A stretch of DNA of 64,000 nt from Callorhinchus milii (lineage: Eukaryota). Location: assembly GCF_018977255.1 (NCBI RefSeq), contig NW_024704743.1, positions 81,470,001 to 81,534,000 on the forward strand. The letters run 5' to 3'. Under the pieces are notes generated by a model. It saw only the letters and a program-made list of their open reading frames with translations, had not been told where the DNA came from and did not search any database. The translations under genes were made by a program, and so were the position numbers. Position 1 is the first letter of the stretch. Each line of letters opens with the position of its first letter. Below are positions 1 to 12,326 of the stretch, one piece after another.

Positions 1-694
1 ATTCCACTTTGCAATGTTTAGATTTTGTTAATCATTACATTTTATTCGTTTATTCATTAATATCATTTTTGCACACTATTAACAAATTTGAAAGCCAAAA
101 AAGAAAATTACTAACCTCTATAAAAACCTGTCATACTATTATTGAGGAGATGAAGTGAATCTAGACAGTTTATGAATTACTACGCTGAATGTAACATAGT
201 AGCACTGAAATCTGCATACCCATAACTGAGATTGGTTTCTGCATGGCCATTGGAAAGCGACTGATTTTTAAAGGGACATTGTCTTCTTACTCCATGATTT
301 CAATAACTGCCTATTTATGTGTATATTAAGGTCGAACAAATGAAGGATTCAATTTCCTGAATACATTGTAACCTTAATTTTTGACTTTTTATGCCAGATG
401 TGCTGTTTATTAGACGTTGTAGTATAAAATGGTCTTTGGCCATATACTAATCTTACTCTGAGAAATCCAACTAATTAGATGCTAGAAATAAAAAACGGAG
501 GCTGATTAAAAAGCAGCAAGTTGTTACATCCATATTAATTCTCCCTCTTATATTCCAACATAAAATCTCTTAAGATTATTCATCATAACCATAAATGCAA
601 GGTTCAGATTGCTCTTTTATTTTCCTCTGTCGCCTCATGGCGTGATTTCAACATTTCACTAACCACGACCTTATCAACCCTTGTTTGACTCTAG

Positions 695-865
695 TTCCAG
701 ATGTAGAAATAAAAGGGGAAGATTGCAGTTATTACCTGCTCATCCAGGGCAACGGTCGAGGTGGCTGCAAAGGAACCCTTATGCATTCGGCCAATCAGAT
801 AAACGGAGCTGCAGCTGTTGCCGTTGTGCATGCGATGTTGGATAAAAGAGCTGGAGATGGAGAAG
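695..865 (+). CDS. MTBP: MTBP coding exon (11th from last; about exon 12), VPDVEIKGEDCSYYLLIQGNGRGGCKGTLMHSANQING...
   Basis: ctag|TTCCAGATG acceptor, GAAG|GTGAAC donor, 171 nt, phase 1/1. Peptide resembles recalled human MTBP VPDVEVKGECSSYYLLLQGNG...HSANQING. An alternative in-frame AG at 699-700 is possible. Confidence 0.88.
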
Positions 866-1156
866 GTGAACATGACATTTTATTAAGCAGCCAAAATTCT
901 GCCCTTTTAGTAATTAGATACAAGTCTACATTGTATAACCTTCGTAGACTGCGCAGTGTGTTTTACAAAGGGAATGGGTGAAGCGACACTGAGAGAATCA
1001 TACAAAATGACTAAAGCGGGCAAAGCCTCAGATATTGCTAAGGTTACTTTCTGTTGCAATTGTCAAGGTGTATAAAAATATAGTGTGAAAGGCAGATGGA
1101 ATTGTCTGCTATAATTTGATGATACATTGTAGCAATTAGTGTTAGATGATTAGCCC

Positions 1157-1222
1157 GTCCAGGCACTTTGGGACGTCCTCCTAACATGAAAGTCACTGTA
1201 CAAATGTAATTTTGCTGCTGTA
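1157..1222 (+). mobile_element. Decayed L2 LINE 3' tail
   Basis: ggcactttgggacgtcctcc...gaaagtcactgtacaaatgtaa matches the L2 tail seen in other copies in this window. Confidence 0.6.
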
Positions 1223-2036
1223 GATTGCACAGAACTTATTTTCATTTTAAATTTAATGTTTGGTATTACAGCAATCCCTTTCAGGAGTTCTGTGACTTTG
1301 GCCAATTAGTTTCAATTATTTATTCGGAGCTCAAAGGGGTGATATTTCCTAAGCAGTCACTGTTCAAACCAAAGAACTGTTGGCTAGTGAAGTTGCTGTT
1401 CATTGTAATTGTGGAATAATACTTTTCGGAACAAAGAGTTTAGGGGATTGTTCCAGTTATTTGTATCCCAAAAGGCATGAGAGGATTCTGACTTGTGCTG
1501 GAACTCAAGGGCTGGAATTGCTTCATTTTAAAGGAAAACGTCAAATAGCATCTCCCCAAATTATCCAGACACTGTTCCCAAGAATCTGGCTCCTTCCCAC
1601 TGACAGACATTGAAATAAAAAGGAGGATTGGATTTTTCCTCTTGAACTCAAGGATACATATCTTTACAAAGGGGTCTGTAATCTTTTTCAAAGGCTTTTA
1701 ATTACATAATTACTGGCATCTGTAATTCCATCTCTTTATACATGCATTTATGCATGGCTCACACAACTTGCATAATAGCCCCAGTGTTGAAAATCTGATG
1801 GATCATCATTAAGTAAAAATGAGAAGTTGTTCTTCCTTCCTAATCACTGATTCTTCTGAACGCGGAATTAACAAAGAAAATACAAAATAATGGATAGATT
1901 CTTATTTTTGATGCCTTAGAAACATATAAAATGAAAGGAGCTAGACCAAATTATAGTGTTAGAGAAGAAAAGCTTGAAAATTGGCTACAGGTTGTGGAAT
2001 AGACATTAAACGCTATTTGGGCTGTTGGATACAATG

Positions 2037-2519
2037 CAAGCTGAAGTTCAGCTCAACCACGGCAAAGCCCAGATGGGGCCTGACCCCGGCAGGAGCTGCT
2101 CCGGCACAACCCGCTTAGGGGCGCACCCACTGGGTAGCCCACGAGCACACCCAAAACTGACTGAAATAAACATAAGGGTACAGGAGGACGCTCGAGATGT
2201 AACTAAAGAGCTTCCCGAAAATATATGTACGGTAAACGTGCACGTACGGTGCACATCGGAACCTTCTGAAAGCGGCAAGTGCGCTTTATCAGGAGGTGTG
2301 CGGTGGGCACATGGATGTTGTGCACACGGGTGACTCCTGACTGTTAAAGAGCGCGTCCCAAAAAACGTGTGCAAAACCTGTGTGCAGTGAAGGAAAGTAC
2401 CGGAAAACAACGGAATGTTTTTGTATCGGGAGAAAGGGGAAAAATTGTAGCAGAAGATGTGTTTGTTTTGGATTTCGGTTGCACTAAATATTATTTATAA
2501 ATAGATTTTCAAAAAAAAA
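2037..2519 (+). mobile_element. 5'-truncated L1/Tx1-like non-LTR retroelement 3' end with poly(A) and 15-bp TSD
   Basis: Exact direct repeat ctgttggatacaatg at 2022-2036 and 2520-2534, A9 tail before the second copy, and a GC/CpG-rich body. The 5' end encodes KLKFSSTTAKPRWG, resembling the recalled Tx1 ORF2 C-terminus ALKLGAAAAKAQWG. Confidence 0.75.
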
Positions 2520-3691
2520 CTGTTGGATACAATGATGGACGGTGTTTTTCTTATTGTTATAACCCAGATTATCACATAAAAAAGATTTCAAATGCAAAGT
2601 TATTTAAGAATTAGCAATGAGTTGTTCAAATCCTGTGGCCATTTAATTGGATCATCTCTGAACTTTATAAGTGCTTTTTGAATCGTGTCCTGAATGCTGT
2701 TGATGTTGTTATGTTACAAATGTCACAAATTTGTTTTGCGTATCTATCTTCCAGCAAGTTGGCATTTTCCTGCATCTGTTAACTTATGCATTTGCATTTT
2801 CAGTTATGGATTAAATCTTAAGACTATAAAGCATTTACGTACGTACTACTGAATGCAGCAAATATGATTGGATTACAATAGATTTGTGAGTTAATGGTTA
2901 TTTGGCACACAGTCACACTTACAAAATGTCAAATGATGCGTGTACTTCATTTGCTGCAAAAACTGATGACAGGATTTGTATCGTGCTGAATTATTTGATA
3001 ACCTAACAACAATTCAGAAGAAATTTGCCTAACTTGCAAGATGAGAATTATACGGGGAGTTTCTCTTATTTTACAAGTTTTAATGCAAAATAACAGCTTG
3101 CGAGATTTTGCTTTCAGATTTGTGAATAATGAACTTCCAGTTTTTTTTCAAAAATGCTCACTGAATCCTGGGTTTCTAAGCTTTGCACACTTCTTTTATA
3201 ACATGAGGCTGATGTTTTTCAAATTCTGGACTTCAAAACTAGCAAAACTAATTTTTTTCTATCAAAAATACAAACTAGGTTTCTATTTTCAAATTGATTT
3301 AATATGCTCGTTCCTTCAAAATCTAGTGAAACACATTTTGTTTTAATTGTGCAAGTGGAGACAATGGAAACGAGAATGAATCTATCTCAAAGTTGACCCT
3401 GTCAGTTGCTGCTGGCACAAAAAAACCTTGGAAAAATTATGCTGGAGGACCAATGAGCTCGTCGCAGATTTCCCATAACCTACTTCATGCTTCAGTAACC
3501 CTGATTCAGCAAACAATGATTAACTCTGCATTCACCCTTCTGGATATAAGCAACAGAGTTTCAGGCAATGACACCTTTTGGAATAGAGTTCAGCAGGCAA
3601 AAGAATCAGTCTGATAAGTTGTACCTCATGCATTCTGTGAAAATTGTGTGACTTTATATTTGATGTAAAGTATTTCTTATTTTCATGTCAA

Positions 3692-5172
3692 CAATAATAA
3701 TAATAATAATAATCCTTGCATTTGATATAGCGCTTTTCACGTCGGGAGGTGAAACAAATGGCTTTTCCTCCACCCCCTGCACTGTCTCGTGCGGTGTCCC
3801 TCAGGGCTCTGTCCTCGGTCCCCTCCTCTTCACCCTCTATATGCTCCCCCTTTGGTGACATCATCCGCAGACATGGGGTTAACTTCCACATGTATGCGGA
3901 TGACACCCAACTCTACCTTTCCTCCTCTACCCTCAACTCCACGACCACCGATGTCCTGACAGCCTGCCTGTCCGACATCGAGTCCTGGACCGGAGACAAC
4001 TTTCTTCAGCTCAACGTGCGCAAAACTGAGGCCCTCCTGATTGGCTCACGTCAGCGCCTCCGCACCTCAGGCGCTGACACCATCAGCATCCAAGGCTGCA
4101 CTCTCCACCTCTCAAAGCCGGTCAGGAACCTCGGGGTTCTGTTCGACCCTGAGCTGTCCTTTCTTCCTCATATCTGCGCCACAACTGGCACCGCCTTCCA
4201 TCACCTCCGAAACATCGCCAGACTACGGCACTACCTCACCCCTCACGCTGCTGAAACTCTGGTCCACGCCTTTATCACCTCAAGGCTGGACTATGGGAAC
4301 TCCCTCCTCGCCGGCCTTCCCGCACCTCCCTCCACAAGCTGCAGGTCATTCAGAACTCTGCAGCTCGTGTACTGTCCCGCACCAGGCTTCGGGACCACAT
4401 CACTCCCACCCTCGCTCGCCTCCACTGGCTCCCCATCCCCCAGAGGATCGAATTCAAGATCCTCATCCTCACCTACAAGGCCATTCACGGCCTCGCTCCC
4501 TCCTACCTCTCCGACCTACTATCCCCCTATTTACCTGTCTGTACCCTCCGTTCCTCTGGCTCCGGTCTGCTCCACATCCCCCGCCCCAACCGCCCTACCA
4601 TCGGTGGCCGGGCCTTCAGCCTCTCAGCCCCAGGCTCTGGAACTCTATCCCCCAGTGCCTTCGCCGCCTCCTCCCTTTCCTCCTTCAAGGCCGGTCTCAA
4701 GACCTTTCTCTTTGACCGTGCCTTCAGCTCCCCTCTCGACTCTCTACCCCCTCCTCACCCCCTCCTCTCCCTCCCCTCACCCCCCCACTCCTCGCTCCCT
4801 CCCTTCCCTCCCCTCACGCTGACCATTTCCCCTCTGCTCGGGTCCTGACTCAACTGTCCAGCGCTTTGGGACGTCCTCCCGACATGAAAAGCGCTCTATA
4901 AATTGAATCTTGTTGTTGTTGTTCACAGAACACACTGTAAAAGTGAATTGACTGTATATCTGTGGGCGAACGCGGCAGCCAATTGCGCACAGCAATGTCC
5001 CACAAACAGTCGTAGATTGAAAATGACCAATTTATTATTTTTGGTTTTGGAGAGATTATTATTAGGAGTGTGGAGTAAGGAAACTTGCCCAAGGTTTCGC
5101 CCTCTGCCTGGAATTGAACTCAGGTCTCTCACTTGCAAAGCGAGTGCTCTAACCACTGAGCTACAGGACTCC
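3692..5172 (-). mobile_element. tRNA-derived SINE split by an L2 insertion (tail 3692-3749, body and head 4922-5172)
   Basis: A (TAA)n tail lies on the left and the continuation plus tRNA head (gagctacaggactcc) on the right of the L2. Confidence 0.85.
3750..4921 (+). mobile_element. L2-clade LINE, 5'-truncated, RT C-terminal part, (GTT)n tail
   Basis: Encodes HMYADDTQLY, NFLQLN..KTE, VRNLGVLFD and SRLDY, with frameshifts; ends in a stem-loop tail and (GTT)n. Confidence 0.93.
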
Positions 5173-6539
5173 ACAACATGGCACTCGGGCATAAACGCTG
5201 GCAACTCTCTTCTGTTCTGCCTGCAGTCCTGCAGTCGTCTTGCAGTAGAAGATAGAGAGCCTAGACATCATGCCTTGGTCTGAATACACTGTCATGATCA
5301 CATCCACTGGATTGCATTGAATTAGACTATTCGTTTTCCAGCGAAAAGATGGGGTTTGCACTAATGTGTAAATCTATAATAGTTTAAAACCAAGTGCTTA
5401 CTCCTGCACAATTTTATACTTTGCCACATGAACTTCAACCTTTTTCTTGCTAATTAGATTCTTACTGTGTTCAGATCTTAAGCAGACTTTGGTTTAATTA
5501 ATGATGAACATGACCAATGATGCATTCATGCCTTTTAGCCTTGTGATGCATCGGTATAGTATGTGAACCAGGGATAAATATTCATTTTTTTAATGTAGCC
5601 CTTCAGTGCATCTGCCAATACAGCTGTACGGACAGCTAGATTCCATGTTTTATTGTCTAAGCCACAGAAGGCAAAGTTATAAATTTTATATTGAATTTAT
5701 AAAGATGCCTTTGACTTAACTCACAGCTCAAATTATATATTCATCTCTAAAAGAAGAACCTAGATTAGTTCCAAATTTAACTTGCCATTCATCAATTCAT
5801 TTTCCCTGGAGGTCAGATTTTCAAGCATTGGTCAGATATTTTTCCCTTTGTCACTGAAATTCCCTCTTAGCAGTTTGCCAATGAAACTTCTTGATCAGCA
5901 ACTGCAAAAGTGTCCACAGGATAGCACAAATGTAAAGTAGGAGAAGGATGGGTGTTGTATATCACCAAAATGTAGAAATATAATGAATATTTTAGCTGCT
6001 TTGTAACATCTCAGGTTTTCCATTTCATGACAACTAACAAAATCAATGTTATTGCTTTGTTAATGTATAGCTTGTTTCATCAACATTGTTGTGGGAAATA
6101 AAAGAATGCTTATATCATATTATGTATTTAAATTGGTATTGTATAAAATATCTAGTTACTATGGACACATGTTTCCTGACTACCTCCATTGCACTGTAAT
6201 AGAATAGATTTATGGACTAATTTTTAGCACAGCTGTAAAACATTCATATCCTGTTGATAGAACTATTTCTCAATCATGCTGTATTGACTTCATTGTTCTC
6301 AGCTTGTGAGGGCAAATCTGCTTTTCTTTTTTCAACCACAGGCTGGAATAGTTGGGTTAGATTCAAGATGTGATTAAACGTCTTACTATATTTGCTGCGG
6401 CTAAGTAATTTCTGCAGAGCAACATTAACTTGGCAATACTTTTGGGAGATTTCAATGCAAATGTCATTCAATAGTGATTGTACAAATAACTCAGCTGCTG
6501 ATTTGTTGTAATATATAGCACACGTGACCTCAATCCTTT

Positions 6540-6765
6540 GACCTTCCTCCTCCATCTCAAGACCTTCCTCTTGACCGAACCTTCAGTCAACTTCCCCACC
6601 CCTCTCGAGTACAAACCCCAGCTCAAGTACAAACCGCTGACTGCCCAGCACCATGGGACATCCTCCCGATGTGAAAGGCACTGTATAAATGCAATGTGTT
6701 TGTTTATTCATGTACACACTATCTTCCGTGAAGGGTGCTATATGAATGCAAATTGTTGGTGTTGT
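6540..6765 (+). mobile_element. Old L2 3' tail fragments
   Basis: ctcaagaccttcctctt...gggacatcctcccgatgtgaaaggcactgtataaatg. Confidence 0.65.
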
Positions 6766-6944
6766 AAATTGTATTGGTGCAAAATTCTACAATAGTTACA
6801 TGTACTAATTTAATGGAGCGAATGAATTGATGCGATAATATTGGAAAGGGTAAACCTACTGAATTAGAATATGCTTCTAGCAGCTAAGCAATTAAGTAGC
6901 AGCGACAATGCAAACTTAATATTAAGCCATATCTTCATCTGCAG

Positions 6945-7058
6945 GGTTTGACATTGGAAATATACTCGAGGCAATGCCTTGCTTTACTGGTGAACAACTT
7001 GTAAACCGAGAGAAGAAACTGACTCAACTCCAAACGCTTGCATTAAAGGAATTTCTGA
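6945..7058 (+). CDS. MTBP: MTBP coding exon (about 13), FDIGNILEAMPCFTGEQLVNREKKLTQLQTLALKEFL
   Basis: gcag| acceptor, |GTAAGT donor, 114 nt, phase 1/1. Resembles the human LPHFSGEQIVQREKQL..LALEECL segment. Confidence 0.92.
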
Positions 7059-7065
7059 GTAAGTA

Positions 7066-7500
7066 CATAGAATGGTAGAAAATTTACAGAGCAGAAGAAG
7101 GCTCTTCAGGCCTTCAAGTCTGTACCACCTCTCAGAGCAAGTTGTCCATTTAATTCAACTGCCTCTTTTTATTCCCATATCTCTTCTAGCCTTTAACTTT
7201 CACGTACCTTCCTACATCCTTCATGAAATTGTTAATAGACTATTTCTATCAGTTTACTTGGCAGGGTATTCCAAATCCCGATAACTCTTGGAGGAAGTTC
7301 TCCTAAGCTCTCCTTTCACCCTTCTTGTGACTATCTTTTATTTTTGTCTTTTAGTCACCCATTTCCCTGCCAATGGACAAAGCTTCTGCCTATTTACCCT
7401 AGGAAAACCTTGCTTAATTTTGTAAACCTCTATCGAGTCCCTTCTCAACCTTCTCTGTTCCAATGAAAACAGATGCAGCTTCTCCCGTTTCTCCTCATGT
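7066..7500 (-). mobile_element. CR1 LINE 3' fragment
   Basis: atagaa...gaagaaggctcttcaggccttc and taattttgtaaacctctatcgagtcccttctcaaccttct are the reverse of the CR1 RT end (RLRGDLIEVYKI). Confidence 0.7.
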
Positions 7501-8338
7501 ATATTGATTCTCATCCCGTATCATCCTCATATATCATTGTAATATTTGTACAACAGATTTGTCAGTCTTCTAAAATTCCAGATGTCAAAATTGTTTGTCC
7601 AATTATGGCTAAATCTGGCAAAACATTTTTCTGTGCATTCTTGATTTATTACAATGTACACATTTCAGCAATGACCCGATAGAGGTTTACAGATAGGTCA
7701 GGTTTGTACCTGTTACAGAATTTCTACTCAACTATAGAGAATCTTAAACCAAGATATATTTCCAGATTGATATTCCAGTTGCGTTCACAGTTTTAGATTC
7801 GGTCAACCAGATATCCTCTTACAGGTGTATTAGGTAACCATTAAAATGTTATGAAGCTGATAAATGTCTCTACAAAAAAGTACTCTTCTTAAATGGCTTT
7901 GTTGGTTGTGTCCATTTATCAGCTATGGTCAAAAGTTATTGTGTGTCGACAGTCTGACTAAGACAAAAACAAAATGCCTGTTCATGTTACCACCAGGCAT
8001 GGTAAAGGATATTAATTTCCATTCCTTCATAGTATATTCCTAAGTATTTGATAAAATTGTTTGCTTCTGAATCATATTTTATTGCCCAGTATAATTTTTC
8101 TTTTGAGTGGATTGATTTTAGTATAGTACATTTAATCAACCACTAAATGTTGTATTTGATGATGTACCATCAAACTTTATTTGCAAAATGTATTGCAACT
8201 CCAGTAGTTTTTCCATCAGTTAACAAGCATCAAAATCTCAAAGAATTCTCTCCCATTACAAAAACATTTATTTATTTCCTAAAATAAGCCAATACAATAC
8301 AATTCATCTTATCCTTTTGATTTATTTCATGTCTACAG

Positions 8339-8512
8339 AAAATAAGCAGACTGATAAAAACAATTCATCGATTTCAACCAACGACTTGAAGACATTATTA
8401 ACTCTCGTAAGAGAACAATACTTTAGCCAATATAACAATAACCTGACAAGTAACACGCTGGGCAACACAGATCAGAAAGACACAAAACCAGAGGAACTTA
8501 AGAAATATACTG
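8339..8512 (+). CDS. MTBP: MTBP coding exon (about 14), KNKQTDKNNSSISTNDLKTLLTLVREQYF...
   Basis: tacag| acceptor, G|GTAGGT donor, 174 nt, phase 1/1, fitting both neighbours. DLKTLLTLVREQYF is similar to human ELKSLLVLTRKHF. Confidence 0.85.
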
Positions 8513-8631
8513 GTAGGTGAGATTTGCATTGGAAAATCTTACTTTGAAAATCAGAAACTTATGCATTTCATAGGAGATCTTGTCCCAGATGCTTGAAGTA
8601 TTATGTTAACATTGAATTATGTATACAATCA

Positions 8632-8943
8632 GGAATTCTGTAGCTCAGTGGTTAGAGTACTCGCATCGCAAGCGAGAGACCTGGGTTTGTTTCCCGGCAG
8701 GTTGAAACCTTGGGCAAGTTTGTTTACTCTAAGCACCTGATAATAATCATTAAAAAAAATAATAAAATTGGTCACTTCAATCCAAGATTATTTGTGGGAC
8801 ACTGATGTGCGCAATTCGCTGCCCCGTTTCGCCCACAAATATACACTCAATTCACTTTACAGACTGTTCTCTGAAGGGCTTTGAGACGTCTGAACAATGT
8901 GATAAGGCACTATGTTAAATGCAAGAATTATTTTTGTTATTAT
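8632..8943 (+). mobile_element. tRNA-derived SINE, full length
   Basis: A-box tagctcagtgg, B-box-like ggttt...ccc, and a body and L2-type tail shared with other copies. Confidence 0.88.
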
Positions 8944-9056
8944 GAAGAAACTTGAGATAACTAGAGCTTTTTGATTGTGACAATAAATAAATCCAGGCAA
9001 CCAAGACCTAATAGGTTTTATCCTCAGTATTATCTATCAGTGAGAATAATTACAAT

Positions 9057-9905
9057 AAAATGCAAAATTAAGTTTGTATAACGCTTTTCATGTCGGGAGG
9101 AAGTCCGATGGGGCTGGACAGTAAGCGCTTACTCTGTGAAGCGCTTTGGGACGTCCTCCCGACGTGAAAAGCGCTATATCAAATGCAAGGATTATTATTA
9201 TTATTATTATTATTATTTGGACCCGAGCTGGGGAACGAGATTGTGAAGGGGGGGAGGTAGCAGTGTGACCGAAGGCACAGTTGAAGAGTAGGGTTTTGAG
9301 AAGGGCCTTGAAGGAAGCAAGGGAAGGAGCGGAGCAGAGGGACTGTGGGATGAAGTTCCAGAGGGTGGGGCAGAGAGGCTGAAGGACAGCCTGCCAATGG
9401 TGGGGCGGGCAAGGCGGGGTCGTGAAGCAGGCTGGAGCCTGCTGAGCGAAGGGAGTGGACAGGTTGGTAGGGGGTCACAAAGGTAGGGAGGAGCAAAAAC
9501 ATAGCGGGCTTTAGAGGTGAGGACCAGGATCTTATAATAATAATTCTTACATTTTGATATAGAACTTTTCACATCTTCTAGACGTCTCAAAGCGCTTCAC
9601 AGAATATACTGTAAAGTGAATTGACTGTATTTTTTGTGGGTGAGACGCGGCAGCCAATTGTGCACAGCAGTGTCCCACAAACAGTCGTGGATTGAGTGAC
9701 CAACTTTTTATTTTAGTTTTTTNCTTGAGGGATTATTTTCAGGCATCTTGAACTGTATCCTCTGAGCGATGGGGAGTCAGTGGAGCCAGACAAGCTTGGG
9801 GGTTATAGGGTCGTGGAGCCTGGTGCGGGAGAGGACACGGGCTGCAGAGTTCTGGATGATCTGCAGCCTGTGGAGGGAGGAGTTGGGGAGGCAGACAAGC
9901 AGGGC
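9057..9905 (-). mobile_element. L2 fragment carrying two nested SINE pieces (+ tail at about 9130-9217; - 3' half at about 9534-9738)
   Basis: L2 sequence is collinear across both interruptions. A caggatctt/caggcatctt duplication flanks the second SINE. Confidence 0.8.
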
Positions 9906-10729
9906 CTGGACATGATGAATCCGTGGTAGTCAGAAATACCATGGATGTTATGAGCGGATTATGAATGCTTATCATAAACCCAACACTAGCAAACTTAGTA
10001 AATGTACAGAATAATATAGAGTACGATGTTCTCACCCTCAGTGTTGATATATTTACTGATAAATCAGAGAAACATATCACAATTACCTGATTAGTTGTTT
10101 CAGAACCTTAACTGATTTCATCAACTCACAACAGCTAGACCCATAATTTAAATGCTAAGCTAGTGACAGTATTTTTAATAATTACTGTCAAAGGTGTCTC
10201 AGTCTCCAAATGGGAGGACCTTAAATTAAAATGCTATCAAGAGAAACTACATTAAATGACATTGTGACAATTGTGACTTTCTTCACCATTCTTATTTTGC
10301 CACTTCCATATTTTTAACAATCAAAAAGACCAGCAAATTTGTTTCCACGGCAATAATTTGAATTCAAACTTGAAAATAATAATAATCCATTATATACATT
10401 ATTGAAAATGTAGAAAATGAATAAAGAATGATAACTATTATATAATAATATTCTAACCAAAGTAGAAGTAGTTGTAACGTAACTTGCTAAAATACTCTAG
10501 ATTTTTCCCCAATTGTAAAAAGGTTTCAGATAGGAACTGTTCTATTTTTGTTAAATTTGATTTATTTTAGCTATGGTTGTATCCTTTAACCATGCTATTG
10601 TTGCATTGTGACAGACTTGGTGTATTTGAGTATTGCTTTGTCCTTTGTGCTTTTAAATAGGAAAAAGTATTGTTAAGTTAAATGACGTCTTACATGAAAA
10701 TTTTAATTTTTAAAATGTTGTCGATCCAG

Positions 10730-10823
10730 AGTGCGACATTTCAGCAATTAGCCCTTCAAAGTGGCCTGAAAGGAGTGTCTTTCAAAACTATGAAAACCTT
10801 GAAAGAGTCAGACAGAAAATCAG
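10730..10823 (+). CDS. MTBP: MTBP coding exon (about 15), ECDISAISPSKWPERSVFQNYENLERVRQKIR
   Basis: ccag| acceptor with a weak pyrimidine tract, AG|GTAGGA donor, 94 nt, phase 1/2. Carries the WPER.V.QN.E..E...QK motif of MTBP. Confidence 0.87.
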
Positions 10824-11080
10824 GTAGGATAATGTTTACTGTGTTATTGGTAAAAGTTCTTCTTTATAAGAAGAGCTTTGAACATAATATATTAGGTCAT
10901 TATATTTCATTATAAAAATATAAATCTCAGCTCAGCTGTTATCCCCAAATGATTCAAAATAGTGTTTCTTTATTATATTCTGGCTGTATGTGGGGCACGG
11001 GTGGTAGCATTTGGGGTTGAATAATATTTTACTGACATGTATTTGATAAGTTAAAGTACAGTGCTTCAGAATCACTATTC

Positions 11081-11280
11081 AACAACAAGAACTTGCACTT
11101 ATACAGCGCCCTCCACACAGAGTAGTGTCTCAGAGCACATAACAGTGGCGGAGCCTGACTCTGAGCCATGGGGGGGGAGGAGGTGGCTGTAAGAATGGTT
11201 GAAGAGGAAGGTTTTCAGATGGGACTTGAAAAGTGGGAGAGTGGAGGGATTGAGGGACAGTATTCAATATCTTGGACCCT
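11081..11280 (-). mobile_element. Old L2 3' fragment
   Basis: aacaacaagaacttgcacttatacagcgcc...gaagaggaaggttttcagatgggacttgaa. Confidence 0.65.
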
Positions 11281-12326
11281 AGATGAGGACTGGAATCATT
11301 AACTGGGAACAGCTGGACAATGTCATGTTACTTTATTTAGACTCAGAGGGCACAATTCATGGAGGAATATTCCAAATTATTGATATCAGTTTCTTGTCTT
11401 TGATCCTTGTGGTGTATTAATACATTCCATTAGTTCTAAATGATCCATTCATTTCACGTTTTGCATCAGACTTTAGCACAGTCTGATCAAGGACTCCAAT
11501 TTGAATAATAATAATGATAGTACTGCTCTGAACTTGTATGTCTGGTGTCTTCTTGTGCTACAAATGTCAGATTAAAACTTTTCTCTAATTCAGTAAACCA
11601 AATCCTTTGCACAATATTACCACTTTCATCATCTTGAAAATAATGATCTTTATGCAGCTCTTGTATTTGCCTAAATTAAGTTGTTACTTCCATTTTCTGG
11701 ACATAAATCTAAGTGGATTTACTTCAGCTTCACTCCAAGTTACTTCAACTTTGCAACTCATGCTACTAGTTAGCCTCACTCTCAGAGCACCGCCACCTCT
11801 TAATTTCTGGACGATGCAGATGCCCCAGACTTGAAAGTTGCACCAACCCTGGGTTCTGTGAGACAGTCAACAATTAGGCTCCAGATCACCACATTACCCA
11901 TTCTATTCCATGGCCCTTAAAATAATTGGAAGATACTGCTTGATCTTCGGTATCAAATTTGTCAAAAGGAAACATGCCAGATCACAGTTTCCATTACACA
12001 TTGTTCCTTTTCAACCTCCTGCCCCCATGGTGTTTAAAATATCTATCAGTTGGTAGCTCACCTTTGTGCCTGCAATTTGCCTACCAGAGTTCATTGTTGA
12101 ACAGACACTCATTCAATATTGTCCTCATTTTTGGAGTTTCAGCATCAATTATGGAAATCCTAATGGAAAACAGTGCAGAACGTGACATTTCTTTGTACCA
12201 GATTTTGACTAAAACTTGGTCAAGACTCTTTGTCTTCAAACTAACTTACAATTCTTTGAAAACTAGTGTCTCCTGTTTATCAGGGGTTCTTAACATTCAC
12301 CCCAGTTTGCAAGGAAATATTTTTGT

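Noticed and set aside
660..694. Possible U12-type branch site (ccttatcaac) before the first MTBP exon
   Set aside because: Poor match to CCTTAAC. The upstream donor is outside the window, and all visible donors are U2-type.
2770..3060. Faint resemblance to a LINE C-terminal motif (…SYGLNLKT…YFICC…DLYRAELF)
   Set aside because: It needs several stops and frameshifts, and is too weak to support without a profile search.
3749..4822. Long Pro/Ser-rich ORFs in the track (e.g. 3749, 4041, 15170, 25245, 56117, 61406)
   Set aside because: They are alternative or frameshifted frames of C-rich L2 copies, not host genes.
6274..6555. 93-aa minus-strand ORF with protein-like composition
   Set aside because: No recognisable motif, the start lies in an L2 remnant, and there is no supporting exon chain. 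Treated as chance.
8513..8522. Alternative donor GTGAGA at 8517
   Set aside because: It would give phase 2, incompatible with the phase-1 start of the next exon.
9723..9723. Single ambiguous base n
   Set aside because: Assembly ambiguity next to a T-run in a SINE; not biological.
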